DNA from: Eledone cirrhosa
Taxonomy: Eukaryota
Direction of reading: 5' to 3'
Assembly (NCBI GenBank): GCA_964016885.1
Contig: OZ024761.1
Span: forward strand, 25,544,001 to 25,608,000
Length of the DNA stretch: 64,000 nucleotides
The notes under the pieces were generated by a model. That model did no database searches, was not told the origin of the DNA, and saw nothing but the letters and a program-made list of their open reading frames with translations. Positions 28,957-43,220 of this stretch are shown piece by piece. The first letter of the stretch is position 1. Each line of letters starts with the position of its first letter. The translations under genes and the position numbers were made by a program.

Positions 28957-30567
28957 CATAAATATACGTTCATACATACACATTTACACACACACAAACA
29001 CGTTCGTACATGCACATCTACACACTCATGTATATACAAATGTATACACACAAACACACGTTCATACATACACACACACAAACATACGGTCATAGATGCA
29101 TATTTATATACACACAAAAATATACGTTCATACATACACATTTACACACACACAAACACGTTCGTACATACACAGCTACATACACAAACACACTCATGTA
29201 TATACACATGTATACACATACATAAACACGTTCATACATACACACACAAACATACGGTCATAGATACATATTTACACACACACACAAATATATGTTCATA
29301 CATACACATTTACACACACAGCACGTTCATACATACACAAAAATAGACTGATGCATACAAATGCACATACACAATAAAAACACACACACAAACACGTAAT
29401 CATACAGATGCATAGAGACGCCACATACACTCATGAACACACTGATGCATATAATATACATACACTTACATAATAAAAGCACACAAAAAGACGCAAGCAT
29501 ACACACATTTATGTACATGTATATACACACATGTTCATACGTGCACATTCACATACACAAACACACACTGATACATACACAGTAAGTACACATACTCGAG
29601 AGCATATCGATGCATATATAGCACACATACACACAACACACTGAGGTATATACATGCACATACACACAAGCAGACATGCATAACCACACACATGAGGCAT
29701 ACGCATGCACATACACGAAAATGTTCACACAGACATGCACGCATACAAATACATGTACACACATATAATGATACATACACATGTACATATACTATAAAAA
29801 CACACAAACATGCAAGCATACACATGTATATACACAACACATATACACACATACACAGACAAACAGAAACTCACTAGCATACACAGGTAAAAACACAAAC
29901 ATACAGGCATGAACAAACACACACAAGCACATACACACAAACAAGCACCCACTAGCATGCATAACACAACTCGCACACACACATACATACATACACTCAT
30001 TCAAAGCATAAACAGAAACTAGCATACAGACGAAAACACCCACATCTAAGCACACACAAGCATACACATGAACCTACACAGCGGAACGAACGCGCACACA
30101 CGCATACAAAGGCTTAAATAAAGACACACCATCATACACAGGCAAAAACACAAACGTACACACGCAAAAATATGCGCACAAGAATGCACAAAACACAAAT
30201 GCAAGCCTACATAGGCAGTGTCATTTAAGGTCTATACACAGGTAGAAGTATTCGAGTTTATACAGGAGCAAGAGAGTAAACATAAAACCATGATAATCAC
30301 TAATGTTGTCATAGATGTGTGACGTAAGAACTCTGAGAAAGTGTGTGTGTGTGTGTGTGTAAGTATCTGTATATATATATAAGCATGTATATATGTGTAT
30401 GGATGTATGTACGTGTATATACAATAAGTTACACGTGTTATAGACAGATCTACACAATAAAATATACGAATGTGTGTATATTTTTGTGTGTAAATTTCGT
30501 TAGGATTCTGGCATTCCTAACGATACTATATCTCTCTCTATCTGTATACCTTCCTACACACAGATGT

Positions 30568-30625
<58 letters not shown>

Positions 30626-30908
30626 CATTAGTGGCATAGTACAACTATATGCCTGGAAGCGCTGTTTCGACAATTTAGCTTTATCGTGATCAGCGTTCGC
30701 GATGTGTCCACGTCTTATTTTATGTATGGAAATATATGTTTGTACCAATATAAAATCAGTCAATTTGACTGAACCCTTCATTGGAACAGCCGATCTATAA
30801 TATATATATATACATATATATATGCCTATGAATATACATATCTCGCCACACACACAGACATATATATATATATATGTGTTTGTGTGTCGAGATAAGTATG
30901 TTCATAGG

Positions 30909-30966
<58 letters not shown>

Positions 30967-31299
30967 ATATATATATATATCAAACGAAATGCCGATGTCT
31001 GGAACATATCAATAATAGCAATAATAATAATAATATATGCCTAGGGCTTATTTTAACTTATAGAACCTGGTAGATACAATATCTTTACAGATATTCCAGT
31101 CTACATGCGGCTATTGATAAGGTGAGAAAAGATAAGATTGATGTATAATATGCAAATATCGAAATATATTGGGAAATAGCTTTCTACAAGTCGAAGAGCA
31201 GTTCCTCCATATCGGCTTATTTCCAGATTTCCAGTAGTCAATGGATAGGCTACAATGTTAAATGCAGCTGGTCTTTTGGGTGATAGGGATTAATTAAAA

Positions 31300-32065
31300 T
31301 AATTGTTTCTACTTCTGGCACAAGGCCAGCAATTATCCCAGTGCATTACTGCTTCTTTATTTTATCTAGCCCGTTAGGATGAAAGTCAAAGTTAACCACG
31401 GCGGGATTTGAACTCAGACCGTAAAAGGACGTAACTATGCTGGAAACTATGGCGTTCGACCCTCTACCGATACGGCCAATCCACCAATAATGATAATTGT
31501 TTCTACTTTAGGCACAAGGCCAGCAAATTACCCAGTGCATTACTGGTACTTTATTTTATCGACCCCGTTAGGATGAAAGTCAAAGTTAACCACGGCGGGA
31601 TTTGAACTCAGACGGTAAAAGGACGTAACTATGCTGGAAACCATGGCGTCCGACCCTCTAGCGATACTGCCAATCCACCAATAATGATAATAACAACAAT
31701 TTTTTCTACTTTAGGCAAAGGGCCAACAATTTTAGGGGAGGGGAAAGCCGATTGAATCGAACCAGTGCATTACTGGTTCATTATTTTACCGAAACTGTGT
31801 TTGGCGCATAGAGTTACGGCCCTTGCCATTCTGAGTTCAAATCCGCCGAGGTTAACTTTGCCTTTCATCCTTACGGGGTCGATAAAATAAAGTACCAGTA
31901 ATACACTGGGTATTTGCTGGCCTTGTGCCTAACGTAGACACAATTATTTTACCGAAACTGTAAGGTTGAAAGGCACAACTAACCTCGGTTGGATTTGAGC
32001 TCAGAATGTAAAGGTCCATTATTATGCTGCAAAGCAGGTGTCTGACGCTCTACCGATTCTGCCAT
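31300..32065. mobile_element. SINE-1 cluster: tandem pair (31300-31485, 31494-31679, -) and a long form (-) split by an inverted young copy 31799-31945 (+)
   Basis: 19-bp TSD attattttaccgaaactgt at 31780 and 31943; the tandem pair shares private variants (gttaggatgaaagtc, aaccacgg). Confidence 0.85.
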
Positions 32066-32336
32066 TTGCTTTTCCTGCCACTGGTGCTACATAAGTATCA
32101 GCAATATTAAGAATTATACACGGATATCTCCTTCACGTTCGGATGCTGTGCTTAGCCTGAACAATTAGAGTATGAGGCTTCAATGCAAACACAATGTCGA
32201 AAATCAGAATAAATTTCATGTAAACAATTCCCAATCTATAATATTGTAAATCAGAACGTAAATATTCGTAACACTATGCCGCGATACATAACAAATTTGA
32301 AATATGTGTTTTACAGTTCGAAATAAAAATAATATA

Positions 32337-33562
32337 ATGGTTTCTACTATAGGCACAAGGCCAGCAATTTTGGGGGATTGTGAGGTCGATTAAATCGACC
32401 CCAGTGCGTGACTGGTTCTTTATTTTATCGACACCGTAAAGATGAAATGCAAAGCTAACCTTGGTGGGATTTCAACTCAGAACGTAAATAGTCGTAACTA
32501 TGCCACGAAGCATGACAACACATTTGAAATATATGTTATTGTTCTTTTTCATCGTTATCTGCTCGTAATAATAATTGTTTCCACATTAGGAACAATGCCA
32601 GTAATTTTAGGGGAAAGAAATGTCGATTAAATCGACCGTTTAAATCTTCAGATTACCACTTTCTTCGTTCAGCTTTATAAGCACACCAATTTACTACAAG
32701 AAATGAGAAAATTACGAATCTCTTGTTTACACATTCCTATTTATATTTCTGTTGTTTCTCATTTTCTGAACATGTATATGAATCAACTTTGAAAGAGAAG
32801 CTGTCTAATGGTTTGATGGAAATATCACCTCAAAAGAGGCTGACACCAGAGAGAATTACCATACGTATTCAATATTTAGTCCATAATTCACTGGACTTTA
32901 GGGCCACTGCTTTATCATTGTAGGACTTCTCCAAACACATGCACATAAAGACACCTACATTAACCAGGCAGGTTACTATAAATAGAGAGATTAGTCTCGG
33001 TACCAATCTACACATTTCATTGAATGTCAACTATCGCATTTTAGTTGGACATATGCAATGAATAACGACGTCCTTCTCTCCACGAGAGAGTTCTTGTCGG
33101 TTCAACAGCTACGTCTACATTGTTTGAACTAGCTGTTGAAACGGCAAGAGCTCAGCTGTCGGGGTCCTCACTCATTCATATAAGAAAGCGCTACTACGCC
33201 AAGTAACGAATACTCTAGTGAGTAATGATCTAACCAGTTTCTTACTGATTTATATTTGATTTCAAATTACTGCACAAGGTCAACAATTTGGTGGAGGAGA
33301 AAGTCGATTAAACAGACCCCAGTACATTGCTGGTGGTATATTTTATCGACCCCGTAAGGATGAAAGGCAAATCTAACTACAACGGGATTTGAAGTCAGAA
33401 CATAAAAGGCCACAGTTAAATACTGCGAAGTATTTTATCCAACACTGTCAATCCACCGCCCAAAAATGGTTTCCGATTTAGACAGAGGGTCAACAATATT
33501 GGTGGACGGGAAGATCGAATATATCGACGCTAGAAATTAACTGGTTCTTTATTTTATCGACC
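32337..33562 (-). mobile_element. Older long-form SINE-1 copies and fragments (32337-32515, 32571-32638, 33255-33461, 33465-33562)
   Basis: Recognisable tail, ttttatcgac core and B-box remnants. Confidence 0.7.
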
Positions 33563-36469
33563 AGGGGATGTGGAAAATAAAAAGAAACGGTGAATAAAGA
33601 ATACGAAGTGTCGTAAATATTTACATAATATTCAGGTGTCCGTTTTTATATTTAAGGCGAAAATGTGTTGAGCAAAGAATTCTCTTGATCCAAGCTATAT
33701 ATTTTCCCCTATAAATATAATTTCTGGGGTTTTCTTTTATGTTTTGTTGTCGATATGTTAGTAAATTTGAAATTCATTTTTTACGAATTTTTGCATTGAT
33801 TTTTATTCATAAAACTGAATTATTATGACAATAGGAAATTCAGTTGACTAGTCTGATATAATATCGAACCTGAATCGAAATTATATAAAAATCTGAAAAC
33901 TAAGACTAATAAAAAAAAAAAAACCCGTCCAAAAAATCCGGTTATTTAATAAATGCTGAAGCCATATCGAATAACCATTTTGTTTTAAATTATATCTCTA
34001 TTTTATTTTTCTTTAATCATTGAGGCTTGTATTTTTCTTTTCTTTTCTAGAGTAAAAAATTGATTCTGGGATTTGATTTTCTGTGTCCATGAACATATTT
34101 CATTCTTAAGAACATGCCAATAAATAAATACATAAATAAACATAATAATAATAAAGAAAATAAAGAATCCTCAAGTATAAAAACAGAACAATGATGATAT
34201 TCAACAGAGCGAATTTAATAAGGAATATCTATTTTTTGGCTATTTTAAGAATTTTTTCTTCTTAATTACTTTTTTCTGTAGTCAATATCCGACGCAGGAT
34301 AATATCACAATTGATCTTAAACAGCTGCAGATGTATTTCATGTTGTTTTTTATTGTTTTTAATATGTGTTATGTACCTGTCACCTTAGTGCAGTGTAACA
34401 CACGTGTGATGATATATATTTTACCTTTCTTTAAGTTGTTATTTGTTCATAACATTCATTTCATTATCCGTTTCGGATAATAGTTTCTTGCGGAGGTGTT
34501 TACGTGATGCATTTGTATGTGCAATGTCTTCTCGGAATTATGGAAAAGAATAGACAGTATTTAGGATTTCTTTTAAACGTTAAATCATATTTAGTCTGAA
34601 GAGTATGTGCAAATGGCCGGTACTCTTCCTGTCGTTGCAGGTAAAATTACACGGATAGAGAGGGATATGGAAAAAGCAGTTTTTCGAAGAGGAAGGGTTT
34701 TGTGGAAAGATGTTTTATGGAAAGATGTTTTGAGTTGACATAACATTTTTGGTCCAATTTTAGGACTGAGCGGCGCACTGTGTTCTTCATTTAAACGTTT
34801 CAATTGAAGTACTTTTTGTGTTTAATCTGGGACCTTTATAATTAAAAGACAGAAACTGCCATCAAATGCAACCCTCTATTAGGCCAAATAAACTGCGCAC
34901 TAACCTGAATGCAATAAATTTCGTTTTTACACGGTTAAGGCTGGCCTTGACCTACACAATAACTATACTACACAACAATGTTTCCAACAATTTAAATTTA
35001 TAAGACGTTGATATCCCCAACATACAGATACACACAGGCAGGCACATACACAGGCATACATACACACACAGGCAGGCACATACACAGGCATACAGATACA
35101 TACACACAATACGTGTATTTTTATAATTCTGAACAGATTTGGAAGCCTTATCAATGTGTTTGATATAATCATAATTTTATTATGTATATTTTTTTTAAAT
35201 CTCAGTTCGTATCTAAAGCAATGGTTTGGCTTCCGAATCATAAATAATTCTAATTTATCACAATACTTCAAATTTACCTGGAACAGAAAAACAAACAAAA
35301 AATACTTGAATATATTATTATTTAACTACTTGCGTCAAAAGATATCGTTACGTACTTCTACAGACTGGGTTAAAAAACAAACGAGGTTTGCTTAAGGGGT
35401 CGATAAAATAAAGCACACAACGTACTGTGGTCGATTTAATGAACTTCATCTATAATACTTTCGAGGATCGATAGAAGAATTACCAACACATGATGATAAT
35501 GTATTCGTTTTTACTTTCCGCTGTCACATCCTTTATCTTCCACTGCATTAATGGATGTTGAATCAAGACTGTGTATGTAGCTACTCACGGCTACATCAAC
35601 ACCAAAACCCTTAGTGAAATCATAGGGCATACTACCATGTCACACCTGATTGTGAATGGCGGCTGTAGGTATATATCTTATAATACATTTTCGTGTCATG
35701 AATTAATGAATTAGGTCTATGAAATGTAAAAGCAGTAGTCCTGTTAACGTTAACTCATAATGGTTAAATGTTAAATTAGTTTTAAAAGAATTAAAATACA
35801 TACATAAAAAAAGAATAAAGTTAGATATCTAAAAAAAAAAGTAATTCTACATAAACACATAAATGTTTATGTACACATTGATACGTATATATATACAAAC
35901 ATACACACAGACACATCCATATATGTATGTATGTATAAATATATATACGTACAGACATGACACACACACACACACGGGTGTGTGTGTGCGTATAATTATA
36001 CATATATAATATATAAAAGCAAACATACAAGTATATATATAAGTATATATATAGTATATATAAGTATATATATAGTATATATAAGTATATATATAGTATA
36101 TATATATAGTATATATATAGTATATATATATAGTATATATATAGTATATATATAGTATATATAAGTATATATATATAGTATATATATAGTATATATATAT
36201 AGTATATATAAGTATATATATAGTATATATAAGTATATATATAGTATATATAAGTATATATATATAGTATATATAAGTATATATATATATAAGACATAGT
36301 ATATATATATACATACGTACATGCATGATATATATAATATATATATAGTATATATATATATATAATAAATGTATATATATACATAAGTACAGACATGATA
36401 TATATAATATATATATAGTATATATATATATATATAATAAATGTATATATATATACATAAGTACAGACA

Positions 36470-36497
<28 letters not shown>

Positions 36498-36502
<5 letters not shown>

Positions 36503-36770
36503 AAAAAGTATGACCCCGACGGCAGAGCTCAAGCCGTTTCGACGGCTATATCTGGACTAAATTAGAATATGTTTAGCCTGCTAAATAAATAACCGAACTT
36601 ATCTTTATTTACCAGGCTAAAAATTCTAATTTAGTCCAGAAATAGCCGTCGAAACGGCTTAAGCTCTGCCGTCGGGGTCATACTTTTTTCCTATTACCCA
36701 CTCTACTACCCTAAGTATTGAGTACTCTGGTGCGTTATGGTCCATCTGGAGCCTTACCACAATTCCTTCG

Positions 36771-36772
<2 letters not shown>
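36498..36772. mobile_element. Family A hairpin element, opposite orientation, longer hairpin
   Basis: Inverted arms span 36498-36694, then the unique arm (tacccactctactaccc...ccttcgtt); TA tracts both sides. Confidence 0.8.
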
Positions 36773-36806
<34 letters not shown>

Positions 36807-37225
36807 AGAGTGATAAAAAGAGAATGAAAGTATATATGCAATATGATTTAACAGCATATAATTTCAATATATTTCAATAGAGATATTATTAAACCATAAA
36901 CACTATTCTATAAAAAGCAATAAGCTGTAAGGTCACTCGAGTGATTCGAACCAGTTATCTAAGGTTTACTGGTTGATTGCATTTCCTATCGCCCTTCACT
37001 AAATTGAAACAATACTTTTTAGCTAATCAATAATGTGAAATAGAGTATAACTTTTAGAATGTTATCTTCCTTACTTCTCATTCATCCTTTCATGCCTTCT
37101 CTGGTCACACTCGTTAGACAGCGGCTTAGCTGGAGCATGGATTTGTTTTAGTTGATCCATATCAGACCCATTATATATTTTGTCGATTCTGTTTAGTGGA
37201 GCCACTAATAGTCTGACTAAAACCT

Positions 37226-37269
<44 letters not shown>

Positions 37270-37944
37270 GAGAGAGAGAGGAGTGAGAGGAGGAGAGAGA
37301 AAGGTAGAAATAGAGAGGGAGAGAAACCGAGAGAAAGAGAGAAATAGAGAGAGAAACAAACAGAGATGGAGAGAAACAGAGAGGAGTGAGAGGGGGAGAG
37401 AGAAAAAGAGAAATAGAGAGGGAGAGAAACAGAGAGAAAGAGAGAAAGAGAAAGAAGAAGGAGAAAGAGAGAGAAGAAGGAGAAAGAGAGAAAACAGAGA
37501 GAAAGAGAGAGAGGAAAGGGAATAGAGAGAGAGAATAGAGAGAACTAGAGAGAATATAGAGAACTAGAGAGAGAGGAAAGTGAGAAAGAATAGAGAGAGA
37601 GGAAAATGAGAAAGAATAAAGAGAAAGAGAGAAAGCGAGAAATATAGAAAGAGAGAGAGAAGGAGAGAAAGCGAGAGAGAGAAAGAGAGAAAGCGAGAGA
37701 GAGAAAGAGAGAGTGAGAAAGAGAGAGAGAAAGAGAGAAAGAAATAGAGAAAGAGAGAGAGAAAGAAATAGAGAAAGAAATAGAGAAAGAGAGAAAGAGA
37801 GAGAGTAGATCCTATACATTTACTATTATCGCAACGCAGCATCATACCATGCAGCAGGTACTTGTTTGAATTGTGGTCTTCCTGGTCCCAGTATCGGAGA
37901 GTATCAAACAAGTACCTGTCTCTGTGAGTGTGTATTACTGATGT

Positions 37945-38085
37945 AATACTTGTTTCTACTTTTTGGCACAAGGCCAGCAATTACCACCAATACATTACTG
38001 GTACTTTATTTTATCGACCCCGTAAGGATGAAAGGTAAAGTCAACCTCGGCGGGATTTGAACTCAGATCGTAAAGGGACGTAACT
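37945..38085 (-). mobile_element. SINE-1 short form, 5'-truncated
   Basis: Near-consensus core and B box. Confidence 0.85.
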
Positions 38086-38794
38086 GTGCTATTATATTAT
38101 AAATACATACATATATATATATATATTTCTTTCTATGTAGTATACGTATATATAGTTATATATATATATATATATTTATTTTGCGCAACCCAGAGTTATA
38201 ATCCTGAGGTCAATTTAGTCAACCTTTTTACTTTCCTCAGAATTACTTGCCTCGTATGGCTTGTAATTCATCTAGCAGCCCTTATCCTTATTATTACTAA
38301 CTTACTATTTCTATATTTATTATTATTAATACTACTACTATATTGGTAATATCATTAACATTGTGGCACTCGTGTTGCCATTAATTTCTATGAAATTACC
38401 CTGAGAGAAACTTTATAAACTTAGCTTCTACGTATGAAAACACACGATGTATGGTTGTATTTATCAAAGTGAAAACTGTTAAGAAATTACATTTTTCAAA
38501 GCTACAACCATAAGTCTGGTTTCTGATTCTAACATTACACGATATAAGAGAAAGCAAAACATCACATCATATAATTTTCTATACACACACCTTTTCTATT
38601 GTTAAACATCTTTTGAATGTGTGGGTTTTCATTACGATAACCTTCCAAAATACCTTGAGAGAAAGTCAGAAAATGTTAACTTCATAGCGAAAAACAGACT
38701 GTATGGATGAATAAAAGTGAAAATTGAATAAACACAGCTTTTGAAACTACAGACAAATCTGTTTTCTGTTTTTTAACATCTCATTACATTGGTG

Positions 38795-39118
38795 AGTGGA
38801 GACACGTGGCTTTGCAGTTAGGATTTTCGGCTCACAATCCTAAAGACATGAGCTGGATTTACGGCGGCGCATTTTATCCTTGAGCAAGACGCTTTATTTC
38901 ACGTTGCTCCAGTCCATTCAGCTGGCAAAAATGAGTTATACCTGTAATTCGAAGGGTCACATTTGTCAAATTCTGTCAGGCTGTATCACTCTGAAGAACT
39001 ACGTTACGGGTGCATATGTTTGTTGAATGCTCAGCCGCTTTAACATTAATTTCATGAGTAGGCTATTCCGTCGATCGAAACAACTGGAACACTCGTCGTT
39101 GTAACTGGTGGAGTGACA
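38795..39118 (+). mobile_element. Second tRNA-derived SINE family (SINE-2); fragments at 10870-10962 (-) and 46159-46250 (-)
   Basis: Degenerate tRNA head followed by ccttgagcaagacgctttatttcacgttgctccagtccattcagctggcaaaaatgag. Confidence 0.7.
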
Positions 39119-39389
39119 CATATTACAGAGATTAAACACACCACAGCATATATACACACGTTTTCTATTGCGAAAAATCTCATTAATACCATATTAGTTC
39201 ATAAGAGTATTGTTTTCTATAAATTTCCTTGAGAGAAATTTTGAAAATTTTAACTTTGCCGTTCATTTTTCCGAGGTCGAAAGATGGTATACAAGTTGCA
39301 TTGTTGATATAGTTGACATTTCCCTTCACCTCATATTTTAAGCATAAAGTAGAAAATATTAAATGTAATCCGAGTGTTTCGAATATTAA

Positions 39390-39618
39390 TAATTGTTTCT
39401 ACTTTAGGCACAAGGCCAGCAAATACACAGTGCATTACTGGTACTTTATTTTATCGACCCCGTAAGGACGAAAGGCAAACTCAACCTCGGCGGGATTTGA
39501 ACTCAGATCATAAAAGGACGTAACTATGCTGGAAAGCATGGCGTCCGACCCTCTACCGATACTGCCAATCCACCGCACTGGGTAATTGCTGGCCTTGTGC
39601 CTAAAGTAGAAACAATTA
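39390..39618 (-). mobile_element. Full-length SINE-1 (39390-39575) with an inverted extra tail at its head
   Basis: 39575-39618 is a SINE tail in + orientation. Confidence 0.85.
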
Positions 39619-40041
39619 TTAATATTCGATTCGTTTGCAATTATGAAAACAGCCTCTTTAAGTAATATCAGTATAATGACCACTTTCTTGCTCTTGTGTT
39701 GGTATATAAACACAACGGAAGGCACTAATGTTTCTGGGTATTGACCCTTCATCAGTACCGTATACTGCTTACCTGCCAACAGTCAGAGCAAGTGAACATA
39801 TATGATATATTCTGAAATATATAGTGACTGATCAGCCTGTTTTGGATATTAGCAGACTGCCTGATCAGTCAAATCTGCATTTTAGCAGACCCACTGATCA
39901 ACCACATTTGCCTATCAGCAGATAGGCCAGTCAGTTTCATGTATAATGGCCGGCTTTGCCATATTCTAATAACTAACAAATAGTTTTATCGCTCTACATG
40001 GTTGAATACAATAAATATAACGTGAGCTTTTCGAATATTAG

Positions 40042-40232
40042 TAATTGTTTCTACTTTTGGCACAAGGCCAGCAAATACACAGTAGATTACTGGTACTTTA
40101 TTTTATCGACCCCATAAGGATGAAAGGCAAAGTTAACCTCGGCGGGATTTGAACTCAGAATGGCAAGGGCCGTAACTCTATACGTCAAAGCATGGCGTCC
40201 GACCCTCTACCGATACTGCCAATTCACCGCCC
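40042..40232 (-). mobile_element. Full-length SINE-1 with TSD tattagtaat
   Basis: A and B boxes, core, flanking direct repeat. Confidence 0.85.
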
Positions 40233-40510
40233 TTATTAGTAATAATATTAGTAATAATATTCGATTCACTTGCGATAATGTCAACAGCCTCTTTAAGCCA
40301 TGTCAGTAGAATTGCACATACATTATTGCTCTTGTGTTAGCATATAAACAGAAGGGCATACACTAAGGTTTCTCGGTGAAATATAACTTCAGAGAAGTTA
40401 TAAAACGTTGACCCTGGAACCTATGATACTTGAATGTATCAAAGTGAAACAATCACATTTTTAAAACTTCATATTTAAATATGCTGCGATTGTAATAATA
40501 GATTAAAAGA

Positions 40511-40702
40511 TAATTGTTACTACTTTAGGCACAAGGGGCCAGCAATAACCCAGTTCATTACTGGTACTTTATTTTATCGACCCGGTAATGATGAAAGGCA
40601 AAGTCAACCTCGGCGGGATTTGAACTCAGATCGTAAAGGGACGTAGCTATGCTGGAAACCATGGCGTCCGACCCTCTACCGATACTGCCAATCCACCGCC
40701 CT
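40511..40702 (-). mobile_element. Full-length SINE-1 with 17-bp TSD
   Basis: atagattaaaagataat / atagattaagagataat flank the element. Confidence 0.85.
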
Positions 40703-40984
40703 TTATAGATTAAGAGATAATAACATATTGTATCTTATGAGGTTTTCCATGATTACACTTCTCATTACTATATGTGAGCTCTCATTACTATATGTGAGCT
40801 TTCATTATTGGCATTTGATATAAACATCCCCGCAAGAATGTTAGAAACCCTTAATTTCTTGGTATGAAAAAATAACAAACGATGTATGTAAGTTTGTATA
40901 AATCTATCGACGCGAAAATATATGAAGTAATCACATTTTTAAAACTATAATTTTACAGCAGTTCTCTGATTCTAACATCAAGTA

Positions 40985-42175
40985 TTTTCAATTTTGCGAG
41001 TTGTATAATCTGTACTTGGTCCGAAAAATGTTGTTGTTCCTCCGTATCCTTGCCAATTTGGCCATCACTACCATGTTTGTGGCAATCCATGTGGCATCTT
41101 TTGACAATAGTCTGAATATGGACACTTCCTCCAATGAATGTCCGTTCATAGTTATGTTGACACAGATGTTACTTGTGCTAATCCCCATTACTTTGGATTA
41201 CTCGGAGCTGACTTCAATTCCATATTCTCCTGCTCTTTCAACAAATTTGTTGGTCATGTCTTGGAGCTCGTTGTTACTATTTGCTATGAGGTCAATCTCA
41301 TCTCAAACTGTAGGTTACAGACAGGTCTACCATATGAGGTCAATCTCGTCTCAAAACATAGGTTATAGACAGGTCTACCATATGAGGTCATCTCTTCTCA
41401 AAACATAGGTTATAGACAGGTCTACCCTATTTATTCCATCTCGTCTGCAAAACGCAGGTTATAGACAGGTCTACCATATAAGGTAAATCTCATCTGCAAA
41501 ACGTAGGTTATGGACAGGTCTATCATACTAAGTCAATCACGTCTGCAAAACGTAGGTTACAGACAGGTCTACCATATCACGCAAATGTCGTCTGCAAAAC
41601 GTAGGTTACAGACAGGTCTACCGTATGACGCCAATCTCGTCTGCAAAACGTAGGTTACAGACAGGTCTACCATATGACGCCAATGTCGTCTGCAAAACGT
41701 AGGTTACAGTCAGGTCTACCGTATGACGCCAATGTCGTCTGCAAAACGTAGGTTACAGTCAGGTCTACCATATGACGCCAATGTCGTCTGCAAAACGTAG
41801 GTTACAGTCAGGTCTACCATATGACGCCAATGTCGTCTGCAAAACGTAGGTTACAGTCAGGTCTACCGTATGACGCCAATGTCGTCTGCAAAACGTAGGT
41901 TACAGACAGGTCTACCATATGACGCCAATGTCGTCTGCAAAACGTAGGTTACAGTCAGGTCTACCGTATGACGCCAATGTCGTCTGCAAAACGTAGGTTA
42001 CAGTCAGGTCTACCATATGACGCCAATGTCGTCTGCAAAACGTAGGTTACAGTCAGGTCTACCATATGACGCCAATGTCGTCTGCAAAACGTAGGTTACA
42101 GACAGGTCTACCACCGACAGAAATTGAGATATCATTGTCGTTGAGGGTTTCTATCACGATTTGTTCGTCTTCCTG
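40985..42175 (-). pseudogene. RTE-clade LINE reverse transcriptase fragment, decayed
   Basis: Minus strand reads EQIVIETLNDNDISISVGGRPVCNLRFADDI and, after the array, IDLIANSNNELQDMTNKFVERAGEYGIEVSSE*SKVM...ITMNGHSLEEVSIF...MAKLARIRRNNNIFRTKYRLYNS, typical RTE RT domains 5-7 and downstream region. Confidence 0.85.
41286..42113. repeat. 49-bp tandem minisatellite, 17 copies, made from the RT catalytic motif
   Basis: Unit gacgccaatgtcgtctgcaaaacgtaggttacag(t/a)caggtctacc(a/g)tat; 17 units counted; reverse complement encodes GRP(V/D)CNLRFADDIGVI. Confidence 0.95.
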
Positions 42176-42715
42176 TTTATTCATATAATACTTTTTTAAA
42201 TAATACTTTCCTGATACTTATTGCATACATAGTGTGACTAATAATTATTAAACTACTTGGTAGATTTACTTCCCATTATTGTGTTAGCTGTCGGATTTAC
42301 AAGTATTTCGTGTCAAAACTTAAGTGTTGTTATACGAAGTATACAATGAATAAGACACGACAGATTCAATGAGCAGGTAGTCAGTCGGGTTACTCTCATA
42401 CTCGTAATAGTTACAATAGAAGACGTAGTAAGAGAAACATAACATACCACTTGAGATTTTATAAAATCATTAATAATATTTGATAGGAAATAGAGATAAT
42501 AAACCAGACGACTTATAATAATTTTCTCCTAAACAGAGTTAGTTCTCTAGGGTTTCTACCCTCAGATGAAAACACTACTACAGAGAAATATAGACATATG
42601 GATGTATGTAGGGATGTATTTATGTACACTTACATATATAAATATACACACCTATATTCACAGGCAGACATACGTTTATTTGTGGGTGTGTGTGCGTGTG
42701 CGTGCGTGCGCGTGT

Positions 42716-42760
<45 letters not shown>

Positions 42761-42961
42761 TATCGAGAGTCGATTGACCGAGGAAACAATATTTCCATTG
42801 GTCTATATATATATATATATGTATATTTACGCATATATACATACACACACATATATATATAAAATATATATATATTATATTATATATATATTATATATAT
42901 ATATATATTATATTATATATATATATATATATATATTATATTATATATATTATATATATTA

Positions 42962-43040
<79 letters not shown>

Positions 43041-43177
43041 ATATATATATTATATTATATTATATATATGTTATATTATATATATATATTATATATTATA
43101 TATATATATATATATATTATATTATATATATACCAACACACACACACACATATACACACACACTCACCGACACACAC

Positions 43178-43220
<43 letters not shown>

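Larger units (their letters stand above)
38385..40980. repeat. Local diverged repeat (about 260-bp units) hosting several SINE insertions
   Basis: Recurring tgagagaaa...aaagtgaaaa...ttttcaaagctac / tttgaaactac...tctgattctaacat at about 38390, 38650, 39220, 40390 and 40830. Confidence 0.55.

Noticed and set aside
34595-34806. Possible exons SEEYVQMAGTLPVVA / GLSGALCSSFKRFN with AG and GT boundaries
   Set aside because: Too short, no recognisable protein family, and no supporting upstream exons.
36930-36996. tRNA-like sequence on the minus strand (ggttcgaatc)
   Set aside because: Only a B box is clear and no cloverleaf forms; at most a decayed SINE head. SINE-1 heads are likewise not tRNA genes.
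41286-42113. Possible CRISPR array
   Set aside because: Units are contiguous with no unique spacers, there are no cas genes, and the unit derives from an RT coding sequence.
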